The position numbers and the translations under genes are program-made. From NCBI RefSeq assembly GCF_009914755.1, contig NC_060929.1: DNA of 64,000 bases. The stretch is one strand, 5' to 3'. Position 1 is the stretch's first letter; every line of letters starts with the position of its first letter. This DNA is from the human T2T-CHM13v2.0 reference genome, Homo sapiens. Positions 1 to 12,329 of this stretch are shown here, piece after piece. The notes beneath the pieces were generated by a model. The model had not been told where the DNA came from. It searched no databases and saw only the letters and a program-made list of their open reading frames with translations.

Positions 1-264
1 GTGTTATTTTCTTTGTTTTAGAATCCCAGTGATTTCAAGGGCACTCCCAGGAGAGACGACCTAGGAACACAGAGGAAAGATCTGGAAGGATTTGTCAGTC
101 TGCATGTGATGAGATGAGACCTTGGGCCTTTGAGGAGTTTATGAAAAATTCTATTGTTCAAGTGACAAATATGTCCTGGACATCGTGTGGCTCGTGTCAA
201 GAAGGGCCTCCTGCTCTTGGTCATGCTAAGAAGATGGGCTCTGTCTTCTCTAACTGAAAAGGGT

Positions 265-1220
265 TACTGCTGCTGGCTGCCAACCCAGGCTCCATCCTCC
301 TGTTTCAGATGCTGTCGATGCCCCGCCCATTGCCTCACCTCCATCTGCAAACACCTGCAATTCTCTGCCTCAGGGATTTTTTCTATCTGTGGAAACTTGC
401 TAGGTCTGAACTCAGGGCAACGTTAAAGTGCTGGTTAATGTACTGGAAGGAAGTATCCCTGAACTCAGGATAAACAGGGTGCTGTGGAGAAATACCTTAG
501 CTTCCTGGCCCTAGTTCGGGTTACCTCCGAGGTGTGTTCCACATCATCTCCCAGGTTTCTCAGTGGCCTCAGCTGCAGTTACCCACAGTAGCAACTGGCC
601 TGATGAAAGCTGTCTTTCCTCCTCTGTCCCACTTCCTCATTCTCCTGCTGGTGTTTCCAAATAAGGAAGTTCAAGTGTAAGTTCTGCTTCTAGAAGAACC
701 CAACAAAGATACTCTTTTTCTTCTTTTTTGCATAAGTTATTCCCCCTACTACAGAGCCATATGCTTTGGAAGAGGTTGACCCTTCTCCAATTCCAGGCTA
801 TCCCTTGTACCTTGACAAATAATCACGTCAGGAATCATCAGATAACTTAAGTCTATCTAAGCAGAGGCAAGAGCATACCTGCTGCTAGACATAGTCTTCT
901 CCCCTCTACCAGTGAGCTACTGGAAAAGGTACTTGGTCCTCTTCTGGACATTGCTATACTTGGATGTGATGCCTGGGACTTCTGGTGCCATCTTGTTTGG
1001 ATTTTTGGAATGAAGCCATCATTGCAGATGACAGAGCAGAGAGATGGAGAAACTCTGATGACAGCATTGAACTATGGGTCCAACCCACCCTGAAGCCACT
1101 GTGCCTCTGAAACTCTTACATGAGATCATAAATTTTAAGGAAATTTAAAGCCACCCTTGAATTTGAGACCAGGTTTTTATTACTTGTGTCTTTCTACTAA
1201 CAAAAGCATCTTAACTGCTA
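265..1220 (+). mobile_element. MaLR LTR (MLT1K/L-like), interrupted by an LTR16-like element
   Basis: MLT1-type 5' part (ctgctggctgccaacccag) at about 265-300; resumes at about 712 with gatgtgatgcctggg...gccatcttg, gagcagagagatggaga and the 3' end aaagcatcttaactg. Confidence 0.6.
301..711 (+). mobile_element. ERVL solo LTR (LTR16-like)
   Basis: aacacctgcaattctctgcctcaggg, gaggtgtgttccac and the terminal ttctgcttctagaagaacccaacaaagata resemble LTR16. Confidence 0.65.
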
Positions 1221-1523
1221 CCCCATGTATCTTTTCAGTTTGTCTTCATACAGCTCAGAGAGCTTGCAATTATTATTGACATCCCGAATTTGCAGATGGG
1301 GGTTGGATACAGATGAAAGCCCTCTCTAGGTGTGGGAGGTCTCTTTGTGGGTCCATGCAATAACTAATCTCTTGAGAAACTGCAGGTATTATTACAAATG
1401 GAAGGTCAAGTTCATGGGTGCTGTGGCAATTTCCTTTATAAAGTAAAAAACCCTTCCACAAAGTGACAGTCCATTTTCTAGTTTAGAAGTGAAATAATTA
1501 TTGAAGGTGCAGCATATGTACTG

Positions 1524-1655
1524 CTATTGTCCCTATTTCATAGCTGAGAACACTGAGGCTCAGAGAGGGCCAGTCACTTGCCCAAGGTCACACAGCTCAG
1601 TGGGTAGAACTGCCGGACCTTCAGCCCTGGGTCTGACCCCAGTGCTTTTACCTCC
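1524..1655 (-). mobile_element. MIR SINE
   Basis: Antisense MIR core actgaggctcagagagg...cttgcccaaggtcacacagct. Confidence 0.85.
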
Positions 1656-2383
1656 ATTCCAACCGGCTCCCATGGCATCTGCCTTGGGCTTAAACAAAAG
1701 TTGTGAAAGTACTTTGTAGACAGTGAGGATGCTCACTTCTCAGTTACCTGGCTCTGCCCTCACCCTCAACCTAAATTTAGCAGGGGCCAGCAAGCAGACC
1801 TCAGTCCCCACCTCCACCCCAGTTTCTTTCCTTTCAGAGCCCAAATCCCTCATAGCTGTTTCCCAGAATGCTTGCTTCCTGTGTGTCCTCCCCCTATTAA
1901 AAAATCTCCTGTTGATTGAAAGATAAAACCTTTCTTTTCAGCTGGTTGCTTGTAACGTACTGTTTTCTATTGCTGGCTGGGCTCCTTCAATTAGTTAAGA
2001 GTGCATGAGCAGCAAGAAAGGGGAAAGGAAAACCCGTCATTGCCTGTCAGTAACAAACATGGCTACTAGGGCGTTTTCCCAGAAGGAAACTGGAGGGAAC
2101 TTTCTTATCAGTCCAGTATTGTATATGTGCAATTTTTGAAGATAATACTTTTGAGCTGTTCAAATACTGTTCTTTGGGCTGGTGACTTTTGATACCAGTA
2201 GACCCAAGCGAGAGAGCCTTAGCTTTCTGAAGCACTTCCCTCTGCAAAGTAGTCTAATTTGGACAGGCTGTGCTGCTCGCTGGCAAGCACTGGACCCATC
2301 ATCCCAGTGCCACAGTGTCATGGCTTTTCTTTCTGGGAGTCTAGAAGGATGTTTTCCTAGAAAAATGCAAATAGGACACTATC

Positions 2384-2785
2384 TTTTCTTTTCCTTTCCT
2401 TTCCTTTCCTTTCCTTTCCTTTCCTTTCCTTTCCTTTCCTTTCCTTTCTTTTCTTTTCTCTTTTCTTTTCTTTTCTTTTCTTTTCTTTTTTCTTTTATTT
2501 TCTTGAGACAGAGTCTCACTCTGTTATCCAGGCTAAAGTGCAATGGCGTGATCTCCACTCACTACAACCTCCGCCTCCCGGGTTCAAGCAATTCTCATGC
2601 CTCAGCCTCCCGAGCAACTAGGATTACAGGCATGCGCCACCGCACCTGGCTAATTTTTGTATTTTTGTAGAGACGGGGATTCACCATGTTGACCAGGCTG
2701 GTCTCAAACTCCTGACTTCAAGTAATCCACCCACCTTGGCCTCCTAAAGTGCTGGGATTACAGGTGTGAGCCACTGTGCCTGGCT
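2384..2785 (-). mobile_element. AluS, full length, with microsatellite-converted tail
   Basis: Antisense Alu body at about 2503-2785; TSD GGACACTATC at 2374-2383 and 2786-2795. Confidence 0.95.
2390..2500. repeat. (TTTCC)11 followed by (TTTTC)n, derived from the Alu tail
   Basis: Perfect TTTCC units at 2390-2444, then CTTTT units up to the Alu body. Confidence 0.95.
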
Positions 2786-2999
2786 GGACACTATCATTTC
2801 ACACCATTAGTCATTTAAGACAATCAACAGTACAGGAAGGGCATCAGCTAGTCATCTGGGTGAGGGGTTTCCCTCTCCTGAGGACTCCACCATCCCAGCA
2901 GGCTATTTATATTGGGGTGCCACCATCATATAGAAGGTTGGGAGTCCTGAATTTAAACACAAATTTAAATTTAAGAGGCAGATAAATGGAGAAGGAATA

Positions 3000-3225
3000 T
3001 GTAGTAGGTTGAATGGTGGCTGTCCCCCCAAAGATATGTCCATGTCCTAACCCCTGGAACCTGCTAATGTGACTGTAATCAGGGAAAGGGTCTTTGCAGT
3101 TGTTACTAACTTAAAGATCTGGAGGTGAATTCATCCTGGGTGATCCAGGTAGGCCTTAAATCCAATGACAGGTGTCCTTATAAGAAAAAGGCAGAGGGAG
3201 ACTCAAGACACACAGAGGAGAAGTG
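3000..3225 (+). mobile_element. MaLR LTR 5' half (MLT1C/D-like)
   Basis: tgtagtaggttgaatggtggc...aaagatatgtccatgtcctaacccctggaacctg...aaatccaatgacaggtgtccttataaga. Confidence 0.85.
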
Positions 3226-3502
3226 GGAAGAGGGATGGCTTTTGGAAGAACAAATACCAACATGGGTTTTGTTTAATTTGTCAAAGTCTTTAGATAATTT
3301 GAAGTGAGGTCATTAGTACCCACATACCAATTTGAAGTGAGGTCGTTGGTACCCAGTGCCTCTGCATTCCATGAGAGAGTCCACTGTGTGGCTTTGGGCG
3401 TGATAGCTGCTCTCTCTGAACCCATTTCTTCCACCGTTACATGACGATGCTCATGGTGCCCACCCTCACAGCCGTTGTGAGGATCAAGGAGGTGTGAGGT
3501 GT

Positions 3503-3827
3503 CAGGGGTCATAAATCGGCAGCCCACAGGTGACTTTGGGACACAGGCATTTTTGGTTTGTCTTATATAATTTATTTTTAAATTTGTTATCAACCTTCCA
3601 CTACCAGGAAACTTTATACCAAAATCCCATATTCCCTTGAAAAGTCAAAAAACCTGCCGATCTAGTGTCACTATGAAATAAATGACTGGAGTTGAGTTGC
3701 AGCTGGCCCCAGCATGGGCTCTTCAGTTTGCCACAGTCCTCACCACTCCCTATTGCACAGCATGCTCAGACTCCATTTATTCCACTCACCTGGCTGGCCC
3801 CTGGAGGCCTCTGAGTTTGCAACCTTG
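3503..3827. mobile_element. hAT-Charlie non-autonomous DNA transposon (MER102-like)
   Basis: Starts caggggtcataaatcggcagccc, ends gagtttgcaacctt; internal tttgccacagtcctcaccactccctattg. Confidence 0.65.
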
Positions 3828-4314
3828 GTGAGTGAAAGCTTTTTGTAAATTCTTGGTTAATTTCATTTTCATTTCACAAAAAGACAAATCCCAAACTCAT
3901 ATTCTTATTGAGGAGAGTGTCTCCAGTAGGGAGAGGGACTGATGAAAACCTCTGTCAGATGGAATTTTTTTACTTAATAGAGTTTGTTGTAACCAGATCA
4001 GCAACATCCTTTCATCGTAGGCTGCTGACTTGTGGAAATCTCTTTGTTACCCAGAACTAGACACAAATGATGGTACTTGTTAAAACCAGGCGTGCTGGTG
4101 GAGAGAGACCTCCATTTATGCTTGGTCTTGCCAATATTTTGATGTTCCAGTCCTTCTCTGGTTTAATAGTTAAGTACATGTTCATTTTGGATTTTCATTC
4201 AAACCAGTTCAAGAGGTGATTTTAAGAAAAAACAACACTTTTGGTTTGCATTTCGTCACCAAAACTAGCTATGATTTCCTTGGAGTTCAAGGTTCAGAAA
4301 ATGGGTCCAGTTCA

Positions 4315-4520
4315 TTGAATCAGACTCAAAATATGGCTCTGCCTCCTGCTAGCTGTGTGACTTTGGGCTGTCCCTTAACCTCTCTGAGCCTCAGTTTCTT
4401 CATCTCTGCAAAGGCCAGAATAATAGCTGTCACATCACAGGATTCCTGTAAGGATTGGAGATGACATAAGTTAAGCTCATGGAATAGGAGCTGGAGCATG
4501 AGACAGTATTTTTCTTATTA
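4315..4520 (+). mobile_element. MIR SINE
   Basis: ctagctgtgtgactttggg...aacctctctgagcctcagtttcttcatct. Confidence 0.85.
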
Positions 4521-4974
4521 TGATTGATTACTCCTTTAAGAGACTCCCCTAGTTCTAGTTTGGGAAGTAGAAATCTTAGATTGTGAAGATTTTATTGTTC
4601 ACACACACCTGTAGTAGAATTCGGCCTTGATTTGCAAACCTTAGAGGTAATAATGATGACCTTGATAATAATTTTGAGGGGTGATATTTACTAGATATTC
4701 CCTTGGAACAGATGAAATCCTCCCCCTTCTCTCCTCTTGTCCTCTTTCCCCTTCTCCGTTACAATCTTTGGCACTTGAGGGTTAGTTATGTATCAACACA
4801 CGATGTCTTGGGAAATCTGGAATAAGAAAATATTCTCAAAGCCTCCTGATTTGCAAACTGAATGATATACTCCCTAATTGTAGGTGCCAGCCTGTGTGGG
4901 ATCAGATCAAGAGATAATAGATGAGCGAGGGTTGGGGGATAAGGCGACCGTTCTTCACTCTTTGGCTCTGTTCC

Positions 4975-5100
4975 CCGTCGCAAGAGGTTTAGCATTCCCG
5001 GGTCCCTGGCACTGAAGCCAGTAATGCCCTTCCAGTCATTGGAACAAACCAAAATGCCCTCCCATGCGTCTGAATGTCCCCATGGGAGTTTGACAACCAC
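4975..5100. mobile_element. hAT-Charlie MITE fragment (MER3/MER20/MER117-like)
   Basis: gtttagcattccc...gccagtaatgccct...aatgtcccc...tgacaaccac resembles the right half of Charlie MITEs. Confidence 0.45.
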
Positions 5101-6179
5101 CATTAGCCAAATGAAGGTGGCTGATGAGAATATTCAAGCTTTCCTGGCCTGCAAACTTGGGCCAGAACCTCCATTCATCTCTCTGAACCTCCATTTCCTG
5201 GCCTGTCAAGTGGGAGCGTCGTGTTCACCTTGCAGGGCTGTTGGAAGGACTAAGAGGGAGGGTGTATGTAAGGGGCCAGGCGTGATCACTGGCATACAGT
5301 AAGTGCTCAATGCATGAGGCTGGCACATATTAAGTGCACAATGCACAGGGCACAGCATGGGGGTGCAGCAGACCTCTTGGCTCCCCTTTTTCCACTGATT
5401 GTGTCTCCAAGTAACAGGGCCAAGGGGGGCATTCAAAGCCCTCCGGACTTCATTCTGCCCTAATTGGAAGTCACTGTGGAATGAAGTCCAGTATTTAATT
5501 TGGCCTGTGTTTGACAGATCCGATGTGCACAGCGAGCAGAGCTCACACAGGGCCTGTGCGTGATACAGGGGGGATTCTTGGCCTGGGCTCAGGGCGGATT
5601 GGTGGAGAAAATGTCGCATTCAATTAAGGCTGATTGGCCCTGACAGTTGTCTGGGTGAAGTTTATAAGGTACATCTAATCTGGATGCATCTGGTCATAAA
5701 AATGCAAAACAAGCCATTCCCACCCAAGTTCTAACTCCAGATGTGGGCTGATTCTCAGTGATTGACACCATATTTTTTGCAGCTGTCCTACATTTCAAAT
5801 CTTTTTCTATTTAAAATATATTCATCATAATTATGGAATGCAATAAACAAACTTCAGCCTGATGACAAGCTTTAAATATAAGAAAGTTTCAGCTTAAAAT
5901 AAATGCCGTGATTTCTCAGCCCAGGACGGAGACAGCACCAACAAGCATTCTCCAAAGGAGCCTTGACCTTGTCACCATGAACCAGAAACAGTTATTTTCT
6001 CTCCAGTATTGACTGATATTTGGAGCGGGGACAGAGGGAGAAAAATAAAAAAGCTATTTATATCAGATAGAAAAATGTGCACAACCATCGGAAAGCCACG
6101 CTTGCAACACAAAGAAAAAGAAATAGATTCAACTTAATCATGTTTTGAAGGCCTCTGGTGGTGCAGGTTCTTCCCAGGG

Positions 6180-6442
6180 CAGGGTAGACTAGAGGTTATG
6201 CACATAGACTTTGGGGCCAGGTTGCCTGCTTTCAAATCCCAGCTTCCACACTCCACACACTGGTACCTTGAGCATTGTTTTGTCACTTAACTATTCTGTG
6301 CCTCGGCTTCCTCGTCTGTAAAATGGAAGATGATAATACCACTTATTTCATCGTGGAACTGTAAGAGCTAAATGAGTTACTGTAAATAAAGGGTGTATAA
6401 CAATGCCTGGCACATAAATGCTCAAGATGTGTTAGCTATGAT
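6180..6442 (+). mobile_element. MIR SINE, near full length
   Basis: ttcaaatcccagct...tgtgcctcggcttcctcgtctgtaaaatgg...tgcctggcacataaatgctcaa...gttagctat. Confidence 0.9.
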
Positions 6443-7419
6443 GGTAATCCATATCAGCTGACCCCTTTCCATGGATCCTCCAAGGGGGAGAGTGAGGTTT
6501 CCAGAGATTAGATGACTCGCACAAGTTTCATCCAACCCCTGGCAGAGCTGACATCCAAACCCTGATCATTTGACTTCGCTATAAAACATGCCTGCGGGTG
6601 CTCAGTCTTGCTCATGTTTGCATTTTTTTTGCCTCAATTTAAAGTTTTTTAAAGAAAGTTTTCCTGGTGGCTGCTCTATCAGTGGCTTTTTATGCATTCA
6701 AATAGTGTCCTATGAAATCTTGGACAAAAGAGCATCCTTATGTTTCTTCTGCTGCTCCTGGGGCTCATCTTTTATTTTTAATGCTATTTAAATGAGTCTG
6801 TAATTGAGATAGTCAAATAAACAGGCTCTTAGGTTAATTATAGAGAGCTCAGCCTACATCCAAGCTGCTGGGTTTCCTATCCTCTTGTGGACCTCAGCCA
6901 TGACCTAATGATTCTACCATTAACAGCAAGTACAGCTTAGTTCCTCGAGAAAAATGAGAACTACCCAGAGTTCATGTCAACAATCTGCTCCTCTTTAAAA
7001 TGAAGCCATAAGTCACAAGCCCTCTGAGTTCCCAGAGAAGTGTCTGGAGCTAAATTTGTATCCTGACTGTGATAATTGTTCTCCTATTAGGCTGATGAGA
7101 GAATTAGCAGAGCCAAGTCCTCTGGGGCTGTGCCCACAGCTCGGGCCAAGCTGAAAATGACTCTGTGAGTTTTATTTGTGAGATGTGTAAAAGGCTTGTC
7201 CATCACTGGGCCCGTGGACATGGGTTCAATATCAAAATAGCATGAGCCGCCTTTCCCAACAGACAGACTCCAGTCCTGGCAGGCCCTCTGAATACAGCAG
7301 GAACAAAAAATTCCTGCCGGAAAAGGTGTAGCTGGGTGTTAGTTCTCTCTACAGCCCTGTGGATGGCTCCACTGATATCTGTGGCCCGTGCCTGACCTGC
7401 TGCACTCCTGTTTGAGAGA

Positions 7420-7632
7420 GGTAGTGTGGAAGGGTGGCAAGAGCGTGTCCTTTGGAGACAGACCCAGGCTCAAATGGGTGGACTGGGGTCAGCAGCCCCA
7501 GGTATTGGTCTCAGAGATTGGTCTGTGAAAGGGGAGAATGGGAGTAAATAGTCTCTGACTTGCAGGATCGTCATGAAGATTGGAAGAGATTATGTGGGGA
7601 GAGGACCAGGCTTGAAGCCGGTGCTCAATAAA
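7420..7632 (+). mobile_element. MIR SINE (diverged)
   Basis: tRNA-derived head gtagtgtggaagggtggcaagagc...ggagacagacccaggctcaaat; tail gtgctcaataaa. Confidence 0.65.
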
Positions 7633-8084
7633 CAGAGGCTGAGGTTTTGATTCTCTGGGGTCAATGAGGCACTTAACATGGTTGTCTGGGATTGGAAAGA
7701 TTGTTTCTCCTTCTGTAGCCAGAATGGCAAATAGATTGTATCTCCCAGTTCGATATGAATCAATTGGAGATGCCTGCTTAAAGTGCAGTGAATGATTTGT
7801 AATACCTGCCATGGACTAGGGTGGGTGATAAGAGAATGCACCCCATGTGTTTCTATCTCCCTTCTAGAATGTAAGCTCCAAAGGCAGGGACTGGGTCTGA
7901 ACAACAATCCATTAACTTTGTACAGGCTCCAAAGCATTTTTGCATCAATTATCTCATTACTCTCCCCCAAAATCCTCAGACATGGTATGCTGTGGTCCCA
8001 CATCCCCTGGAATTGCAAATATTCTGTCCTCCAAAAGGGCCTGGAGTTTAAAAACTATAGCTAATGTAATAGGCAAGGAAAACC

Positions 8085-8190
8085 TTATTCACCCTAATCT
8101 ACAGATGAGGAAATTGAGTCTCAGAGGGAGAAATAAACTGCCCAGAATCATACACTCAGTTGACAGAAGAACTAGAACTCAATTTAGATA
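8085..8190 (-). mobile_element. MIR SINE fragment
   Basis: tacagatgaggaaattgagtctcagaggg. Confidence 0.75.
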
Positions 8191-8640
8191 ATTTATTTAT
8201 TTATCTACTCAACAAACATTCCTTCATTGCCTACTATGATCAAATTCTGGACTCAACACTCATGTTGCCCTTGAAGTTGCCTACAGTCTAGTGGGGGATA
8301 TTGATGTGTAAACAATGAAATTACAAAACTGTGTGTGAGAGTGCAAACAGTCAGGGAAGAGGGAACATTTCAACTAAGTTTTGAAGGCATGAGATCCAGA
8401 AGAGCTCAGTTATGGAACTTGGTCTTTATCCTGAGGGCAAAAGGGAGCCATGGAGGGTTCTAGGCAGTGAGTGACCTAATTACTGTAGTGTTTTGGACAA
8501 ACCACCAAAGGGCAGTGTGGAGAATGGACAGGAAGGGGAGGACTTGGAACAAGGAGGCCAGAGAGGAGTTTTGTGGTCCAGGTGAGGGGTACTGAGGCCT
8601 GAGCAGGTGCAGGAGTACATGGGGTGGGTAGGAGGTCATG
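8190..8640 (-). mobile_element. L2 LINE 3' fragments
   Basis: tcaacaaacatt...cctactatg, cagtctagtgggg, ctttatcctgagggcaaaagggagccatggaggg. Confidence 0.75.
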
Positions 8641-8904
8641 GGTAGGACATGAAAACTCCCCAGACCCCAGAAGGTCTCCCTTCTGTGAGCAGGAATCAGA
8701 AAGGACTCAGCAGAAGTCTGCCCCAGGCTTGGAGGAGAAGACCAGGCCAGAAAACAAGGCCAGGAAAGGCAGGGCAAAGGGTTTTTTAGCAGGTAAGTAG
8801 GCTGTGTCCCTCATCGCCATGGGTAATCTGGAAGCAAACTAATTTGAGTCATTTTGAGAGACTCTTCCTTAACTTACATGCCCACATTATAGTGACTATT
8901 AACT

Positions 8905-9320
8905 GCAGTAAGTTAGGTTATGCTGCAGTAACAGATACTCCCAAATCTCAGTGGCTCTCACAGAAAGCTTGCATTTTCACCATGCAGAGTGTGTTCTGGG
9001 TCTAGGCCAGAGCACAGGGCAACTGTTCTCTATGCAACAGCTCCACAATCCTGGTGGAAGGACATTCCACCATCTTCTACATCATCATCTGGAACAGGAA
9101 GTCTTCTCAGTCAATGCCAAAGACGAAGAGAGAGAAAGAGGGGGTTCTCAAGCCAGCAATTAAATGCTTTTGAAGTGACATTTGTAACTTCTGCTCACAC
9201 CCATTGGTCAAAACAAGTCCCCTGGCCCTGCTGAGCCAAGCAGGCTGGAGATGCAGACTTTCCCGCACCTGGACAGAGAGACAAGCAAGCCATTCGTGAG
9301 CACTAGTAATGTCTCTTACA
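8905..9320 (-). mobile_element. MaLR LTR (MLT1J-like)
   Basis: taggttatgctgcagtaaca...cccaaatctcagtggct and acttctgctcacacccattggtcaaaacaagtc. Confidence 0.8.
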
Positions 9321-9569
9321 GGGTCTATGGAATGGTTGCTGTTTTTTAAATTCAGAATTGTTTAAAATCCAACTTCTTTCCTTTTCTGACGTTGAATCCT
9401 GCAGCAATTATTATCTCCATTTGGCGGATGTGGAAACTGGGGTCAAAGGTCAAATAAATGATGTCTGCAACTGACAAAACAAGATTAGACTTTTAAAAAA
9501 TTACCTGCAGTGTCACTCTGAAAACCTCTCCTCTCTATAGTCTCCCACTCAGGTGATGATACCCACATC

Positions 9570-9760
9570 CATAGTAAGGCACGGAAACATGGGTTCTAGC
9601 CTCTGCCCTCATGCCAATCAACCGAGGACCCCTGGAAAAGTCACTTTACCTTTCCAAGGCTCAGTCTACCTGCCTGCAAAATGGCAGTAGAAACTACCCC
9701 ATCCTCCTGGTCTCCAAGAGTTAGCTAAGGATGAGATGAAACACTAGGTATGAGGTAAAT
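9570..9760 (+). mobile_element. MIR SINE
   Basis: tgggttctagcctctgcc...aagtcactttacct...ctcagt...tgcaaaatgg. Confidence 0.7.
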
Positions 9761-10196
9761 GAAACTTGGATAAAATTCCTGATGTTGCTATTATCTGTGA
9801 GAGGGGAGGAAATACTCTTGGGTGCAGTAATGAATGAGCTTTACTCAAAGGAGATCTTCAAAAGCTTATTTCTGGCGCTCAGAAATTACCCGCAGAATTT
9901 CCAGACTGCCATGTGGAGTGCTTTGACACTCGACTTTCAACTCTAGCCTGTCTTTGTGGCCTTAGGCAAGTCACTTCACCTCTCTGACCTGCAGGCTATT
10001 CATCTGTATGACGGGTTGCCTATCCTCCTGGCAGGGGTGCTGGGAGGGCCCGAGCCAAGGCTGAGGGGTCCCCTGGAATTCAGAAGGCACTAAGCAAAAA
10101 CTAGTTGCCCTTTTCCCGAGGATCTTGTAAGAGAACCTTGCCAGAGATTTGGGATCCGGAATTTTTTTCCCTTCAAAGGAATGGCAATAAGGAAAT

Positions 10197-10272
10197 GTGT
10201 GTGAGCATGTGAGAGGGAGGGTGCATATGAGTGTGTGTGTGTGTGTTTGTGTGTGTGTATGTGTGTGTGTGT
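10197..10272. repeat. Interrupted (TG)n microsatellite
   Basis: Runs of gtgtgt at 10197-10203 and 10232-10272. Confidence 0.9.
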
Positions 10273-10614
10273 AGGGGGAGAGGACTGTGGAGAAATAAAG
10301 AAATGGTGGGGAATAAACAACAGAACATTTTAGTGACTTGCAGATGAAAGCTTCTTTTAGCAGAATTCATTAGCTTTCTGCACACCAGTTTAGCTGTGTT
10401 TGGAAAAATACTTAACTTGCTATAGGATGCCAAGTCATGAATGTGTCAGAGAGAGAGAGAAAATTTTTTTTTAGAAATTCGTCTGTCCCTCTCCTAAGAG
10501 CAAAGGGTCTATTGAAACGCAGTGGTTGATGCTTGTTGGTGACATTCTCTTTATTTATTCTTTGTGTGAGAATGTGGGAAGGAAGTCAGGAGTGAAAGGT
10601 TTTTGCATGTTATT

Positions 10615-10905
10615 CTGAGAGATGGAGGGAGAGGGGGCAAAGAAGAAAGAATAATGGGTGGGAAAAGGAGAGAAAACTGTGAGGGGGAAAGGAAAGGACA
10701 GAGAGGGCTTGAAAAGGAGCAATAGTGAAAGAGATGGAGGCGAGGAGAGACAGAGAAAGAAGGGGAGGGAAAGGGAGTGAGTCCGGAGGGCAGAGCTGAG
10801 AGCTGGGAGACAGGCAGGGGAGAAGACAAAGAAAGAGAAGGAAAGAGGAGTCAGAAGAGACAAGCAGACAGACAGACAGCCCACTAGGACAGACGAGAGA
10901 AGGGC
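10615..10905. repeat. GA-rich low-complexity polypurine tract
   Basis: About 290 nt, strongly A/G-biased on the + strand. Confidence 0.85.
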
Positions 10906-11254
10906 CGGGAGATGGGGAGGTGGGGCGGGACTGGGAGAGCGGGACCCACTGTCCCCTCCCATCTTGAACCTGCCTTGGTGTATGTCAACCTTGACGCCTC
11001 TCTCAGGGCCTGCCTACCCAACCAGCTGCATCTGCAATGTTTAAAGTGCCCGTTTCTCACATGGAGCCTGACGATGGAGCCGAGCCAGCCTGCATTTGAC
11101 AACCAGATGCTGAGCTCACACAAAGGCATCCTCCGCCCTGGCTGCTGGCGGGGAGATGAGCAGGACTTTGCAGAGCACCAGTCCACCCTCCGTGCCTGAA
11201 AACCCAGGGCAGGCCCTGCCACAGCTTCAGCCACCAAGAAGGGACCAGGGTTTT

Positions 11255-11415
11255 GGAATCAGACAGAGCTGAGTTTGAATCATACACAGCCCATCCCTTC
11301 CCGGTGGCTCTGTGCATGTGGTCCTGAGCCTTGGTTTCCCCATCTGTGAGATGGGGCTAGTAAGAAAATGGATGGTGAGAGGATTCCTAAGGAAAGAAGC
11401 ATCAAGGGTTTGGTA
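11255..11415 (+). mobile_element. MIR SINE
   Basis: ttttggaatcagacagagctgagtttgaatc...ctgagccttggtttcccatctgtgagatgggg. Confidence 0.75.
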
Positions 11416-11427
11416 AAGAGAAGACCA

Positions 11428-11702
11428 TAGATTGCAAACCCAAGCCTAGCAGGTTGAATTCACCGGAAGCGGTTTGTTCGACCTCCTCTAGGCTTCAGTT
11501 TTTGAATTAATTGCTGACATCAAAAACCCAGATTTCTTATAAAAAGTCCATATTTCTGGTTTCTCGTGAAAGACCCTAGTACCGAAGGCTGGAAGTGAGC
11601 CGCAGGCCCCCTCTCTGCCATAGGCCCCTCCCTCCCTGTGGCTCCACGTCTGGTTGCCCTCATTTACATTTCCTTCCTGGCCGCTGAAGTCACTTGACCC
11701 TC
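11428..11702. mobile_element. hAT-Charlie DNA transposon (MER102-like)
   Basis: ttgcaaac start; tttttgaattaattgc...gatttcttataaaaagtccatatttctgg; same layout as the 3503 copy. Confidence 0.55.
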
Positions 11703-12329
11703 ATTTAGTGGCTAAATACCACCTTTTCCCCACCAGCCACCCAAGTTATGCCCTTTTATATTTCTTCTGTGGTTGACATGGTCTTTCAAGGAGAAAGGAA
11801 AGCAAAAATTGCTAAGGGGTGAGTTGTCATCTCATTCTCAGAACAAAGCTGGATTTCCAGTTCAGACCCCAATCGGGCCCATCAATACGAGGGGCTGGAC
11901 CCGCACAAAAGACATGCGGATTGTCTGGGGCTGCAGGTGGGTTTCCCAAGAAACTCTGAAATTCAAATGAGTGGCTGCTTCTCTTTGAAATAATATGTTT
12001 CAATTTAGTGTTTAAATAATGTAGCTTTCATTCCAGCCATTGTTTTGGACTTTGCAAGAATTTTCAAGCATGTAGGCAGAAACTAGGCATAAGCATGTAC
12101 TCCTCCACCCCAAAAGATGAATCCTGTAGCTTCTCAAGGATTGGGAGACTTGGGCATATGTACTCAGGAGGATACAACCGGACAAAGAGCTGGGAAGGGC
12201 CTGGGCTGAGGGAGGAAGGAGCCTCTCATTGGTTGAGTACCCATTGTGTCCTGCAGCCAGGGGGATGGCCACCATGTATAGCCCCCTTGCTCAGAGCTTA
12301 TAGTACAGAATGGGAGGACAACAAGTAGA

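Noticed and set aside
2390-2444. GGAA-type microsatellite enhancer of the EWSR1-FLI1 class
   Set aside because: The unit is the pentamer GGAAA from an Alu tail, not consecutive GGAA.
2182-2670. 162-aa ORF and similar ORFs at 16492, 23119, 29185 and 32149
   Set aside because: Alu and low-complexity read-through (typical [13 protein letters not shown] peptides).
6180-6260. tRNA-like B-box sequences (ttcaaatccc)
   Set aside because: tRNA-derived MIR heads, not tRNA genes.
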